Assembly: GCA_031274845.1 (NCBI GenBank)
Contig: JAISPN010000015.1
Span: 1-41,506 of the forward strand
Direction of reading: 5' to 3'
DNA: 41,506 bases
Origin: Acidobacteriaceae bacterium
Lineage (GTDB): Bacteria; Acidobacteriota; Vicinamibacteria; Vicinamibacterales; CAVVIG01
The position numbers and the translations under genes were made by a program. A model generated the notes under the pieces. That model was not told where the DNA came from. It saw nothing but the letters and a program-made list of their open reading frames with translations, and made no database searches. Below, piece by piece: positions 9,900 to 21,671 of the stretch; within the stretch, counting starts at the first letter, position 1, and the number at the start of each line of letters is the position of its first letter.

Positions 9900-10880
9900 T
9901 TACTTCTTGAACGCGGCGATGACGTCGTTCGCGGTCTTCACCTTGTCGGCTGGACCGTTCGGCGAGAGCTTGAGGAACGCCTCGAACTCGGGCACCGCTT
10001 TCGTCGGGTCGATGCCGACGAGCGTCATGCCGAGCAGGTAGTGCGCATCGGCGTTGCTCGGATCGGCGGCGACCGCCTGTTCGAGTAACGGCTTCGCATC
10101 GGTCGTCTTGCCTTGGTTGAACAGGATGACCGCCTGGTTGTAGAGCGCGGCGGCGTTGCCGGACGCGCCGCCCGACGCGCCGAGGACGCTGGAGAGTTGC
10201 GAGGCTTTGCTGGCGGCTTCGGCCGCGAGGTCAAGCTTGCGTTCGGCGTGGTACACCGTGGCCAATCCGTTCCACGCCGCGGCGTCGTCGCCCTTGATCT
10301 CGATCGACTTCTTGTACGCCGCTTCCGCTTTCTCCCAATCTTTCGTCTGCGCGTAGCTGTAGCCGATGTTGTTGTAGCAGTCGTAGCAGGTCGCGCTCAT
10401 CGTCGCGGCTTCCTGGAACTTGGTGATCGCCTCAGGATGCTTGCCGGCGCTGCTGAGAGCGACGCCCTCCTCGAACACCTTCTTGAGTGCATCAGCCTTC
10501 GCGCGCGCATCGGCGGCGCCGGCGCCAGCGCCAGCCGTGAGCGTCAGGTTCACGGTCTGCTGCGTGTTGGCGCGAACAGCGGTGGATGCCGGTGCGGTTC
10601 CGAGCTTGTCTTTCTCGGCGTGGACGTTGTAGTTGCCGGACGGCAGACCGATCTGGACGTACTCGCCCTTCTTGTCGGTCTTGCTTTCAAAACGGCGAGC
10701 CGTGCCACCGACCATTTCGATGGTGACCTTGGCCCCTTCGACCGGTTGGTTTTTATCGTCGGTGACGACGCCCTTGATCATGCCGGTCGATTGCGCCATG
10801 GCCGGCACCGCCATTGCCAGCACTGCGAAAACGGCACATGCCACGAGCCCCATCGGCCGGCCACTATATCGGCGGACCAT
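9900..10880 (-). CDS. Secreted carboxypeptidase-regulatory-like domain + TPR repeat protein
   Basis: Signal peptide. GVVTDDKNQPVEGAKV Ig-like domain, followed by TPR-like repeats. Confidence 0.75.
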   Translation of the reverse strand: MVRRYSGRPMGLVACAVFAVLAMAVPAMAQSTGMIKGVVTDDKNQPVEGAKVTIEMVGGTARRFESKTDKKGEYVQIGLPSGNYNVHAEKDKLGTAPASTAVRANTQQTVNLTLTAGAGAGAADARAKADALKKVFEEGVALSSAGKHPEAITKFQEAATMSATCYDCYNNIGYSYAQTKDWEKAEAAYKKSIEIKGDDAAAWNGLATVYHAERKLDLAAEAASKASQLSSVLGASGGASGNAAALYNQAVILFNQGKTTDAKPLLEQAVAADPSNADAHYLLGMTLVGIDPTKAVPEFEAFLKLSPNGPADKVKTANDVIAAFKK

Positions 10881-10928
10881 ACGTTCCTCCTCTAGGAAAA
10901 ATAACGAAACTCTTGAGTGTCTGTAATC

Positions 10929-12926
10929 TTACACGATTGAAAAGAAGGCTTCGACGGCGTTCAGGTCAGTGACAATCGGGGCGGGCGGCATGGAGGCAAG
11001 GAAACGCCTGCCGTAGCCTTTGCTCCGGAGTCGCGGGTCGAGGACGGCCAGCACGCCGCGATCCTGGCGATGCCGGATGAGGCGTCCCAGGCCTTGCTGC
11101 AGCGTCAGGATCGCCAGCGGCACCTGATATTCGGCAAACGGCTCGCCGCCACGCGCGCGGACAGCGTCGATACGCGCGGAGGTGATCGGGTCGCCCGGCG
11201 AGGCAAACGGCAGCTTGTCGACGATGACGCAGCTCAGGGCGTCGCCCACGACATCGACGCCTTGCCAGAAGCTCGACGTTGCCAGCAACACGCTGTTGGG
11301 CGTTTCGCGAAACTGTGTGAGCAGTTGCGAGCGCGGCGCCGTCCCCTGCACGAAGATCGGGTAGTCGAGCGCCATCTCCGCAATCGCTTGCACGTCCCGC
11401 AGCGTCGCGTAGCTGGTGAACAGCACGAAGGCGCGGCCGCGCGTCCGCTTGAGGATGTTGACGACCTCGCGTCCGGCGGCGCTCCCGAATTCCGGCGATC
11501 GTGGATCTGGCATCCGCGTCGGCAAATACAGAATCGCCTGACGCTCGAAGTTGAACTCCGAGGGGAGCTGCACGGTGTCGGCGTCGGCGATGCCGAGCCG
11601 GCCGCGGATGTACTCGAAGCCTCCGTCCACGGTCAGCGTGGCGGAGGTCAGCACCGTGGCGTGCATCCGATCGAAGAGCAGGCCGTTGACGATGTTCGAA
11701 ACGTCGATAGGCGACGCGCGGAAGAAGACGCCTTTTCCGCGGAACTCGACGAAGTAGACGTACGCCGGATCGGACGCGCGGAGCAGGAATCGAAGTTCGT
11801 CGCGGATGGTGCCCGCGCGTTTGGCGAGCGTGGCGGGATCTTCTTTCGGCGCGGGCTGCTCCTCGTCGGACGCCGGCTTTGCCAGGAGCGCCAGCGTCGC
11901 TTCGACGAGATCGAGCGCGCCCGCCAGATAGGCCGCAGCTTCCCGTGTGGCGCCGAGCGATGCCTCAGTCACGCGCACACGCTCTTCGCCGCGCGCCCGG
12001 TCATTTGCGCGATGAGCAAACGTCAGCTCGCTGAAAAACGATCGCGCGTGTGTGCGCAGGCGATCGAGCCCCTTCTCGATCTCGGTCACGTGCTCGGCGT
12101 CGATGCGGCCAGCGCGCGCGAATCGATCGACGTCGCGGGCGTACTCGTCGAGTCGATAGTTGCTGACGGAGTAGCCGAAGTACTGCGTGGCGATGTCTTC
12201 GAGCTGGTGCGCTTCATCCACGACGGCATGGCTGCACGACGGGATCACCTCGCCGTAGGCGTTCTGGCGCACCGCCGCGTCCGCGCAGAGCAGATGGTGG
12301 TTGACGATGACGATGTCCGAGGCGGCGGCGCGTTGACGCATCCGGGTTACGAAGCAGTCGTCGAAGCGCGGGCACTCGTTGCCGAGGCAGGTTTCAGCGG
12401 TGGCGGCGACTTCGCTCCAGAACGGCAGGTCTTCGGGGAGATCCTCGAGCTCGGCGCGATCGCCGGTTTCGGTGGTTGTCGACCACTCGCGAATGATCGG
12501 CAGGAACACATCGTGCACAACCGCGCCGCCGCGTCCTTCGTTTAACTGATCGAGACGATGCAGGCACAGGTAGTTCGCGCGCCCTTTCATGTAGGTTGCC
12601 GTGAACGGCACGTCGAGCGCGGCCTGAAGCGTCGGGATGTCCTTGAAGAAGATCTGTTCTTGCAGGTTCTTCGTGCCTGTCGACACCAGGACGCGCTGGC
12701 GGCTCAGGATGGCGGGGACGAGATAGGCCAGCGTTTTTCCTGTGCCGGTGCCTGCTTCGGCGAGCAGCACGCCGCCACTGTCGAACAGGCGCGCGACGCG
12801 GCCGGCCATGTCGGCCTGACCGGCGCGTGGTTCGAACCCGGGGAGCACTCGTGCGAGCGCTCCGCCGGGACGAAACACATCAGCCGTTAGCTCAGAGAGT
12901 CGGGATACAGAGGGAACTTCCGGCAC
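10929..12926 (-). CDS. dinG: ATP-dependent DinG/XPD-family DNA helicase with Fe-S domain (start GTG 12926, or GTG 12878)
   Basis: [11 protein letters not shown] Walker [15 protein letters not shown] box, Cys cluster [12 protein letters not shown]. Confidence 0.85.
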   Translation of the reverse strand: MPEVPSVSRLSELTADVFRPGGALARVLPGFEPRAGQADMAGRVARLFDSGGVLLAEAGTGTGKTLAYLVPAILSRQRVLVSTGTKNLQEQIFFKDIPTLQAALDVPFTATYMKGRANYLCLHRLDQLNEGRGGAVVHDVFLPIIREWSTTTETGDRAELEDLPEDLPFWSEVAATAETCLGNECPRFDDCFVTRMRQRAAASDIVIVNHHLLCADAAVRQNAYGEVIPSCSHAVVDEAHQLEDIATQYFGYSVSNYRLDEYARDVDRFARAGRIDAEHVTEIEKGLDRLRTHARSFFSELTFAHRANDRARGEERVRVTEASLGATREAAAYLAGALDLVEATLALLAKPASDEEQPAPKEDPATLAKRAGTIRDELRFLLRASDPAYVYFVEFRGKGVFFRASPIDVSNIVNGLLFDRMHATVLTSATLTVDGGFEYIRGRLGIADADTVQLPSEFNFERQAILYLPTRMPDPRSPEFGSAAGREVVNILKRTRGRAFVLFTSYATLRDVQAIAEMALDYPIFVQGTAPRSQLLTQFRETPNSVLLATSSFWQGVDVVGDALSCVIVDKLPFASPGDPITSARIDAVRARGGEPFAEYQVPLAILTLQQGLGRLIRHRQDRGVLAVLDPRLRSKGYGRRFLASMPPAPIVTDLNAVEAFFSIV

Positions 12927-14164
12927 AGCCGCTCAACTTCCGCTCGCACCATGCCGAGCGCCGCATCGTCGTCGGGCGTTTTGAGCGCGCGCGCGATCAG
13001 TTCGCCGACGGTGTCCATGTCCGCTTCGCGCATCCCGCGTGACGTAATCGCAGGCGTGCCGACACGGATGCCGCTGGCGGTCATCGGTGGATTCTTGTCG
13101 AAGGGGATCGCGTTCTTGTTGACCGTGATGCCCGCTTTGCCGAGCGCCGCTTCCGCCACCTTGCCAGTGATGCCGCGCGAGAAGACATCGACGAGCATCA
13201 GGTGATTGTCGGTGCCGCCGCTCACGAGGCGGAATCCGCTCTCGGTGAGCACGCGCGCGAGCCGCGCCGCGTTGGCGACGATCTGCTTCTGGTAGTCGCT
13301 GAAGGAGGGCTCCAGCGCTTCTTTGAAGCAGACTGCTTTTGCCGCGATGATGTGCATGAGCGGTCCCCCCTGCACGCCGGGAAACACGCTGCGGTCGAGA
13401 TCCTTCGCGTACTGCTCGCGGCAGAGCACCATGCCGCCGCGCGGACCGCGAAGCGTCTTGTGCGTCGTGGTCGAGACGAAATCAGAGTGCGGGACCGGGC
13501 TGGGATGGACGCCGCCCGCGACGAGGCCGGCGATGTGCGCCATGTCGGTGAAGACTTTGGCGCCGACGCGGTCAGCCGCCGCGCGGATGCGCGCGAACTC
13601 GATGACGCGTGGATACGCGCTGGCGCCGACGATCACCATCTTCGGCTTGTGCTCGTCGAGCAGCGCTTCGAGCGCGTTGTAGTCGATCCGTTCATCGTCC
13701 GGGCTGACGCCGTACGGCACGACCGAGTAGAGCTGGCCGGAGAAGTTGAGCGGATGCCCGTGCGTGAGGTGTCCGCCGTGCGCGAGGTTCATGCCGAGGA
13801 CTTTGTCGCCCGGCTTGAGCAGCGTCAGGAACACCGACATGTTGGCTTGCGCGCCGGAGTGCGGCTGTACGTTGGCGTGGTCGGCGCCGAAAAGCTGCTT
13901 GGCGCGATCGATGGCGGCGCGCTCGACGACATCGACAAACTCGCAGCCGCCGTAGTAGCGCTTGCCGGGATACCCTTCCGCGTACTTGTTGGTCAGCACC
14001 GAGCCGGCGGCTTCGAGCACCGCGCGGCTCACGAAGTTTTCCGACGCGATGAGTTCCAGCCCGTCGTTCTGGCGGTGGACTTCGTGACGGATGGCCGCGG
14101 CGACGTCAGGGTCGCTTTCCGCGAGAGTTCGCCATCGGGGGACGCGTGCCGTTTCGGGTGCCAT
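12887..14164 (-). CDS. glyA: Serine hydroxymethyltransferase
   Basis: Full-length match to SHMT features, including [13 protein letters not shown]. Confidence 0.97.
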   Translation of the reverse strand: MAPETARVPRWRTLAESDPDVAAAIRHEVHRQNDGLELIASENFVSRAVLEAAGSVLTNKYAEGYPGKRYYGGCEFVDVVERAAIDRAKQLFGADHANVQPHSGAQANMSVFLTLLKPGDKVLGMNLAHGGHLTHGHPLNFSGQLYSVVPYGVSPDDERIDYNALEALLDEHKPKMVIVGASAYPRVIEFARIRAAADRVGAKVFTDMAHIAGLVAGGVHPSPVPHSDFVSTTTHKTLRGPRGGMVLCREQYAKDLDRSVFPGVQGGPLMHIIAAKAVCFKEALEPSFSDYQKQIVANAARLARVLTESGFRLVSGGTDNHLMLVDVFSRGITGKVAEAALGKAGITVNKNAIPFDKNPPMTASGIRVGTPAITSRGMREADMDTVGELIARALKTPDDDAALGMVRAEVERLCRKFPLYPDSLS

Positions 14165-14174
14165 CTATCAATCC

Positions 14175-14618
14175 TCAGTGTGCGGCTTCGGCCGCGGAGA
14201 TCTGGTCGATGCGGCGCTGGTGGCGTCCGCCTTCGAAGGGTGTCGAGAGCCACAGGTGGAGAATTTCGTCCGCGAGGCCGAACGCGACGATCCGGCCGCC
14301 CATGGCGAGCACGTTCGCGTCGTTGTGTTCGCGAGAGAGCTTGGCGGTGAAGAGGTCGTTGCACAGCGCCGCGCGCACGCCGCGTACCTTGTTTGCCGCG
14401 ATCTGCTCGCCTTGCCCGCTGCCGCCGAGCACGATGCCACGATCGGCGCGTCCCGCGGCGACCGCCTGCCCGACCGCCATGCAGATCGGCGGGTAGTCGA
14501 CGGATGTTTCGTTGTTTGTGCCGAAATCCTCCACGACATGACCCAAACGCTGCAGCGTCTGCTTCAGATGTTCTTTGAGGAGGAAGCCGGCGTGATCGGC
14601 GCCGATCGCGACACGCAT
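14175..14618 (-). CDS. rpiB: Ribose-5-phosphate isomerase B
   Basis: MRVAIGADHAG..., GGSGQGEQIAANK. The internal ATG at 14618 was chosen; the upstream extension is Arg-rich and unlike RpiB. Confidence 0.9.
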   Translation of the reverse strand: MRVAIGADHAGFLLKEHLKQTLQRLGHVVEDFGTNNETSVDYPPICMAVGQAVAAGRADRGIVLGGSGQGEQIAANKVRGVRAALCNDLFTAKLSREHNDANVLAMGGRIVAFGLADEILHLWLSTPFEGGRHQRRIDQISAAEAAH

Positions 14619-14629
14619 AGAGCACTCGA

Positions 14630-15814
14630 TTGTACTATGGCGATGTGCAACAGACAGCGCCTTCAGTCGCCGTATCCGCGCGTGGCGAGCAACGCATTCA
14701 CAGCGGACATCCTTGGGTCTATCGTTCCGACGTTGGTGACGTCCGGGCCGCACCTGGTTCCATCGTCACCGTCGTCAACGCGCGCGGCCGGACGCTCGGC
14801 CAGGCGATGTACAGCGACCGGTCGCAGATCGCGATTCGGATGCTGACGCGCGACGAGGAGGTGGCTGATGCGGCGCTCATCCGCCGGCGCGTCGAAGCGG
14901 CGGTCGGGTTTCGCGCGGCGCTTGGCATCGATGGGTCGGCGTACCGCCTGATTCATGGTGAAGCCGATCTGCTGCCGTCGGTCGTTGCCGATCGCTACGG
15001 CGACGTGATCGTGCTGCAAGCGCTCTCGCAAGGCGCCGATCGGTTGACGCCGGTCCTCGTCGATGCGCTTAATGATCTCGTCAAACCACGCGGCATTCTG
15101 GCGAGAAACGATCCGCGAACGCGCCTGCTCGAAGGGTTGACGCAGGAAGTCAACGTGCTGTCGGGCGACGTGCCGCCGCTGGTGACGGTGACCGAGGCTG
15201 GCGTCGAGTATGACGTCGATGTCTGGCACGGACAGAAGACCGGCCTGTTTCTGGATCAGCGCGAGAATCGAGAGGCGGCGAGGCGGTACGCGCGCGGCCG
15301 CGTCCTCGATTGCTTCAGCTACAACGGCGGCTTCGCGCTCACGCTCGGGCGCGCGGCAGAGGAGACGATCGCGATCGACATCTCCGAGGAGGCCGTCGCT
15401 CGCATCCGCGCCAACGCGGCCAGGAACGGCGTCGCGGTCGATGCGCGCGTCGGCAATGTGTTTGACGATCTCCGCGGGATGGAACGGCTTGGCGAACGGT
15501 TCGATACGATCGTCCTCGACCCGCCCGCGTTCGCGAAAACAAAGTCGGCGGTTGAGAAAGCGACGAGCGGCTACAAGGAGATCAATCTGCGCGCGCTGAA
15601 GCTGCTCAATCCCGGCGGCACGCTCATCACGTGCAGTTGCTCGTATCACATCAGCGAAGCGGCCTTCGCGGACATCGTCTACAGCGCCTCGGTCGATGCG
15701 CGCGTCCACGTCACCGTCGTCGAGAAACGGATGCAGGGGCGCGATCATCCGGTGCTGCTTGGCGTGCCGGAGACGTACTACCTGAAGTGCTTCGTGCTGC
15801 GAAAGCTCGCGTGA
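14630..15814 (+). CDS. RlmI-like class I SAM-dependent rRNA (cytosine-C5) methyltransferase with PUA domain (start TTG 14630 or GTG 14645)
   Basis: HPWVY N-terminus, QKTGLFLDQREN, LDCFSYNGGF, DPPAF. Confidence 0.8.
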   Translation: MYYGDVQQTAPSVAVSARGEQRIHSGHPWVYRSDVGDVRAAPGSIVTVVNARGRTLGQAMYSDRSQIAIRMLTRDEEVADAALIRRRVEAAVGFRAALGIDGSAYRLIHGEADLLPSVVADRYGDVIVLQALSQGADRLTPVLVDALNDLVKPRGILARNDPRTRLLEGLTQEVNVLSGDVPPLVTVTEAGVEYDVDVWHGQKTGLFLDQRENREAARRYARGRVLDCFSYNGGFALTLGRAAEETIAIDISEEAVARIRANAARNGVAVDARVGNVFDDLRGMERLGERFDTIVLDPPAFAKTKSAVEKATSGYKEINLRALKLLNPGGTLITCSCSYHISEAAFADIVYSASVDARVHVTVVEKRMQGRDHPVLLGVPETYYLKCFVLRKLA

Positions 15815-15833
15815 GCCTCCACGGAATTGATAG

Positions 15834-17567
<1,734 letters not shown>

Positions 17568-17585
17568 CGCGCCGTTCGCGGCGCG
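17568..17585. terminator. GC hairpin CGCGCCG-TTCG-CGGCGCG between convergent genes (no T-run)
   Basis: 7-bp perfect stem with a UUCG-type tetraloop, starting 1 nt after the thiC stop. Confidence 0.35.
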
Positions 17586-17588
17586 AGG

Positions 17589-18137
17589 TCAGCGATCCGG
17601 AACCGGCACGATCTGAATCACCGTCGGAAATCGCGCGGGCTGGCCGCCGAGCTTGGGGTTCGGATAGCCCTGCGAGATCTGCGACTGGAAATCCTTGATC
17701 GTCACGCCGGGAGGAAACGCCATCGTATCCTCACGAAACTTCCCGACATCGAACTGATGCGTGGCCGGCGCGTCGAAGACGAGATCGCCGCGCTGCTTCA
17801 GGGCGTTTCTGTAGAACGTCACCAGATCGACAAACGAGGCGGTGGTGCCAAACAGGTAGAAGCGCTGTCCGCGGCCGGCGTCGTAGGAGACGAGAAACTG
17901 CGCGCCGGGATAGATCGGGACGCCCAGCATCGATTCGCTCGGCTGTCCGTCGGCGGTCGTGGCCGCTGGCGCTGATGGTGTTAATGGCTGCGCCGCGGGA
18001 GCCGTGGGCGGTGTGCCCGGCTGCGACGAAGGTGGCGTCTGCTGCGTGCCAGGTGTCGCCGGCCGTGGAAACGGTTGGGGCGCAGGCTGCTGCGCGGCAG
18101 AAAGCGCTGCGATCAAAAGGAGAGCACGTGCCAACAC
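17589..18137 (-). CDS. Secreted hypothetical protein with a Pro/Gln/Thr-rich linker
   Basis: GTG start, signal peptide LARALLLIAALSAAQQ, low-complexity linker, then a globular C-terminal part. Confidence 0.55.
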   Translation of the reverse strand: MLARALLLIAALSAAQQPAPQPFPRPATPGTQQTPPSSQPGTPPTAPAAQPLTPSAPAATTADGQPSESMLGVPIYPGAQFLVSYDAGRGQRFYLFGTTASFVDLVTFYRNALKQRGDLVFDAPATHQFDVGKFREDTMAFPPGVTIKDFQSQISQGYPNPKLGGQPARFPTVIQIVPVPDR

Positions 18138-18199
18138 CCGAGCATTGTACGACGAGGAACCGGCGGGTTCTTTTCTGCGTCTAGGTAGAATAGGACATC

Positions 18200-19012
18200 A
18201 TGCCGAATGCTTTGAAAACCGCGCTGCTGCTTGGGACGATGAGCGCCTTGTTGCTCTTCATTGGCGAGTCGCTCGGCGGGGCGCAGGGGTTGGTCATCGG
18301 GTTCATCTTTGCGGTGGCGACGAACTTCGGGTCGTACTGGTTCTCCGACAAGGTCGTCCTGTCGATGTACAGCGCGAAAGCGGTGGGGCCGGATCACCGG
18401 TTGTATCGAACGGTCGAGCGTCTTGCGCAGCGCGCGGGACTGCCGATGCCGCGTGTCTACGTCATTCCCCAGATGTCGCCGAATGCGTTTGCGACCGGGC
18501 GTAATCCGCAGCACGCGGCGGTGGCCGCGACCGAAGGCATTCTGCAGATCCTGAACGATGACGAACTGGACGGCGTGCTCGCGCACGAACTCGCGCACGT
18601 GAAGCACCGGGATATTTTGATTAGCTCAATCGCGGCGACGCTGGCGGCGATGATCATGATGCTGGCGCGCTTTGCGATGTTCTTCGGCGGTAACCGCCGC
18701 GACGATCGTGGCGGCATGAATCCGCTGGTGCTGCTGCTTGCGCCGATTGCGGCGATGCTCATTCAGGCGGCCATTTCGCGGTCGCGCGAATTCGACGCCG
18801 ATGCTGGCGGCGCGGCGATTGCCGGGCATCCGGAAGGGCTCGTGAGCGCGCTTCGCAAGATCGAGAGCGCGTCTCGTCAAGTGCCGCTCGACGCCAACCC
18901 GGCGACGGCGCACATGTTCATCATCAAGCCGTTTTCGATTCAGGGGATGATGGGGCTCTTCAGCACGCACCCGCCGACCGAGCAGCGCATCAAGGCGCTG
19001 ATGTCGCGGTAG
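18200..19012 (+). CDS. htpX: Zinc metalloprotease HtpX
   Basis: HELAHVKHRD (HExxH), four TM segments, C-terminal STHPPTEQRI. Confidence 0.92.
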   Translation: MPNALKTALLLGTMSALLLFIGESLGGAQGLVIGFIFAVATNFGSYWFSDKVVLSMYSAKAVGPDHRLYRTVERLAQRAGLPMPRVYVIPQMSPNAFATGRNPQHAAVAATEGILQILNDDELDGVLAHELAHVKHRDILISSIAATLAAMIMMLARFAMFFGGNRRDDRGGMNPLVLLLAPIAAMLIQAAISRSREFDADAGGAAIAGHPEGLVSALRKIESASRQVPLDANPATAHMFIIKPFSIQGMMGLFSTHPPTEQRIKALMSR

Positions 19013-19017
19013 TCAGC

Positions 19018-20046
19018 TCAGCACTCCGCACGCGGCGCGCCGCCGTTCGCCTCGTCTCGTTCGCTGCGAGACGTGCGGTTCTTCATCCTGTAGCGATCCT
19101 GCAGCAGCGACACCATCGCCTTGACCTCCTTGCAATAGGCGTCGGGCGGATACTTCTTCGCGTAGAGCCGTTCGAATCGCGGCGTGAGGTGCGGGTAGTC
19201 GCGCGCGAGGAAGTTCATGAAGTGCGTGCGCGTGCCGTCTTGCAGATACATCACGTTGCAGCCGACAAAGCGCGCGCCGTGGTCCGCAATCGCTTTCACC
19301 GTGCGTTCGAGCTTCGATCGCGCGGACGAGAAGCCGGGGACGATCGGCGCCATGAGCACGCCGGCATTGATGCCGGCATCGACGAGATCGCGCACCGCGC
19401 GCAGGCGTTGAAGCGGATGAGCGGTGCCGGGTTCGAGCGCGCGCCAGGCGTCCTCGTCGACGGTGGGCACGCTGATATACACCGTACACGCCGCAACGGC
19501 CGACAGCGCCTTGAGCACATCGCGGTCGCGTACCACCATCGGTCCTTTGGTCACGAGGCTGGCCGGCGTGCGCGCGTGGGTCAACGCTTCGATCGCGCCT
19601 CGCGTCAACCGGTACTGGCCTTCGATGGGTTGATACGGATCGGTGGCAGTGCCAATCGCAACCTGCTCGCGATGCCAGCGAGGGTGATCGAGTTCCCGTC
19701 GCAACACCTCGACGAAGTTGTGCTTCACCAGGATGACGGAAGAAAACTCATCGTCGCTATCGAGCTCGAACTGACTGTGATAGCGGCGCGCGAAGCAGTA
19801 GTGGCACGCGTGGGTGCAGCCGCGGTACGGGTTGAGCGTCCAGTTGAACGGCATCCCCTGTACATGGTTGAGCGCCGAGCGGCAGCGCACCTCCTGATAG
19901 CGCGCCTTGTCAGCACGGCGTTCGGCGTCCGTGAGCGTGTCGACGCCTCCTTCCCGCACCAGATCCGCGACCTGCCGCAGCGTCGGCGTCCGCTGTCCGA
20001 GATCGAAGAGAAGCGGCTCACGTGGAGTGGGTGTCGTGCCGTTCAC
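19018..20046 (-). CDS. Radical SAM protein, SplB/Rv2578c-like family
   Basis: CTHACHYC CxxxCxxC motif. The GTG at 20046 overlaps the upstream stop (GTGA). Confidence 0.8.
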   Translation of the reverse strand: MNGTTPTPREPLLFDLGQRTPTLRQVADLVREGGVDTLTDAERRADKARYQEVRCRSALNHVQGMPFNWTLNPYRGCTHACHYCFARRYHSQFELDSDDEFSSVILVKHNFVEVLRRELDHPRWHREQVAIGTATDPYQPIEGQYRLTRGAIEALTHARTPASLVTKGPMVVRDRDVLKALSAVAACTVYISVPTVDEDAWRALEPGTAHPLQRLRAVRDLVDAGINAGVLMAPIVPGFSSARSKLERTVKAIADHGARFVGCNVMYLQDGTRTHFMNFLARDYPHLTPRFERLYAKKYPPDAYCKEVKAMVSLLQDRYRMKNRTSRSERDEANGGAPRAEC

Positions 20047-21671
20047 GGCGCGGGCTCCATCACCCACAACGCGGCCACGCCCACCGGATCTCGGTAGACG
20101 CCCCAGAACGTGAATTGCGGCCATTGCGCCATACGTAACATCAACGACGAGTACTGATCGTCTTTGAAAAATTCGCGGTGGAGCACGATATACCGCACGT
20201 CGTGGGCGTGCAAGTTGGCGATGGATGCTTCTTCGGGAAAGTACTCCATGCGCGCCAGCGTCTGGATGTAGTCGGACGGGTAGTAGCCGCTGTAGCCGTT
20301 AACGAGCGGATGCCAGTGCGAGCGCGACCAGAGCGCATAGAACGGGTCCGGGCCGGGGAGCTCGTTGGCGCGTGGCATCGGCAGTTCGACGACGACACCG
20401 GGTCCGAGCGTGTTCAGCATTCGGTAAACATCGCTGTCGCGAACAAACGATCCGCCGCTGACGTCGAGCGGCGTGGTCGAGCTCTCGACCGCGATCGCGA
20501 GCAGACATGCGACGGTGATCCCTGTCGCCGATATGCGCCGCACGCGTGTGGCGAGCGCGTCGGCGCCGAGCGCCGCCATGACGGCCAGCGCGCACGCGGC
20601 GAGCAAGCCCATGCGCGCGATGGCGCGCAGCCCTTCGAGGAACGTGATGTGATCGAGCAGCCATCGGTAGACGGGACCGTTCACGCCGAGCGAGAGCGTG
20701 ATGGCGGTGATGGCCACGACCGCGTAGATCGTCCACGTGCGCCGGTGGCGGCTGAAGATGCCAGCCACGGCGAGCAGCGTCACCACGAGCCCAGGAAAAA
20801 GACGCCGTTCATCGCCGCTGCCCCACAGATCCGCGGTCCATCCCCATAGGCGGCTGTACGAGGACGAGGTGAGGTAGCTTGAAAGGTGCGCGCTGTACTG
20901 GGCGATATCGTCAGGATTGCGTCCGCCGAGAACGTCGGCCGTACGTGCGTATTGCAGCGCGTACGGCGCGGCGAGCAGCAGCGCCGTCACCGCCGCGGCC
21001 GTGAGTGGCGCGAGACTGGCTTTCACTCGGCCGGTCGCGATGACGAGGAGCGGCACGAAGACGACCAGCAGGAGCGCCAGAAAGACGCTGTAGTAGACGC
21101 ACGACAGCACTTGCAGCGCGAAGAACAGGCCGGCAAGCGCGCCCATGCGCACCGAACTCGTCTCGCACGCGACGTGCAGCGCCCAGAGCGTGAGCGGAAC
21201 CCACATCGCCCATTGCATCTCCAGATGCATGATGTGCTCGATGCGGTACGGCGCCATCGTAAAGGCGGCCGCGGCCACGAGCGCCGGTCCCATCGCGCCG
21301 GTGAGATGACGTGCCAGCACGTAGACGCCGACGCCGCATCCGATGAAGCCGGCGAGGAGCATCGTGTTGTAGATTGCGATGGGTGGCGCGCCGATCCAGA
21401 AGAGCGGCGCGGCCAGCACCCCTTGCACCAGCATCGCATCCGAGTACGTGAGCGTGCGTTCGGCCGGGTAGAAGACGTTGCCGTTGAGCAGGTCGAGCGG
21501 CGCGCTCTTGAGCGCGTGCGCCACCCACGCCAGGCGCCAGATGCTGAAGTAGCTGTCCTGATGTTCGAAGAGCGCCGATCCGAAGTGCAGCAGATGTGGC
21601 CACGTGACGAGAATCGTCAGCAGGCCGCAGAGCACTGTTGCGATCGTCAGCTCGGTGAGCGGCTTTTTCAT
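20043..21671 (-). CDS. Polytopic membrane protein, putative GT-C-fold (ArnT/PMT-like) glycosyltransferase with a C-terminal soluble domain
   Basis: At least 10 hydrophobic segments by eye, followed by a roughly 130-aa soluble tail (HWHPLVNGYSGYYPSDY). The family assignment is inferred from architecture only. Confidence 0.6.
   Translation of the reverse strand: MKKPLTELTIATVLCGLLTILVTWPHLLHFGSALFEHQDSYFSIWRLAWVAHALKSAPLDLLNGNVFYPAERTLTYSDAMLVQGVLAAPLFWIGAPPIAIYNTMLLAGFIGCGVGVYVLARHLTGAMGPALVAAAAFTMAPYRIEHIMHLEMQWAMWVPLTLWALHVACETSSVRMGALAGLFFALQVLSCVYYSVFLALLLVVFVPLLVIATGRVKASLAPLTAAAVTALLLAAPYALQYARTADVLGGRNPDDIAQYSAHLSSYLTSSSYSRLWGWTADLWGSGDERRLFPGLVVTLLAVAGIFSRHRRTWTIYAVVAITAITLSLGVNGPVYRWLLDHITFLEGLRAIARMGLLAACALAVMAALGADALATRVRRISATGITVACLLAIAVESSTTPLDVSGGSFVRDSDVYRMLNTLGPGVVVELPMPRANELPGPDPFYALWSRSHWHPLVNGYSGYYPSDYIQTLARMEYFPEEASIANLHAHDVRYIVLHREFFKDDQYSSLMLRMAQWPQFTFWGVYRDPVGVAALWVMEPAP

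Noticed and set aside
12829-12839. GGTTCGAACCC, resembling a tRNA T-arm.
   Set aside because: It lies inside the dinG coding frame (GFEPRAG), and no acceptor, D or anticodon arms can be drawn around it.
18160-18199. Hairpin GAACCGGCGGGTTC followed by TTTTCT, plus TAGAAT, upstream of htpX, considered as a terminator or heat-shock control element.
   Set aside because: The stem is only 5 bp. It lies between divergent genes, so it terminates nothing obvious, and I could not draw a convincing -35 or a sigma32-type promoter. The evidence is too weak to call.
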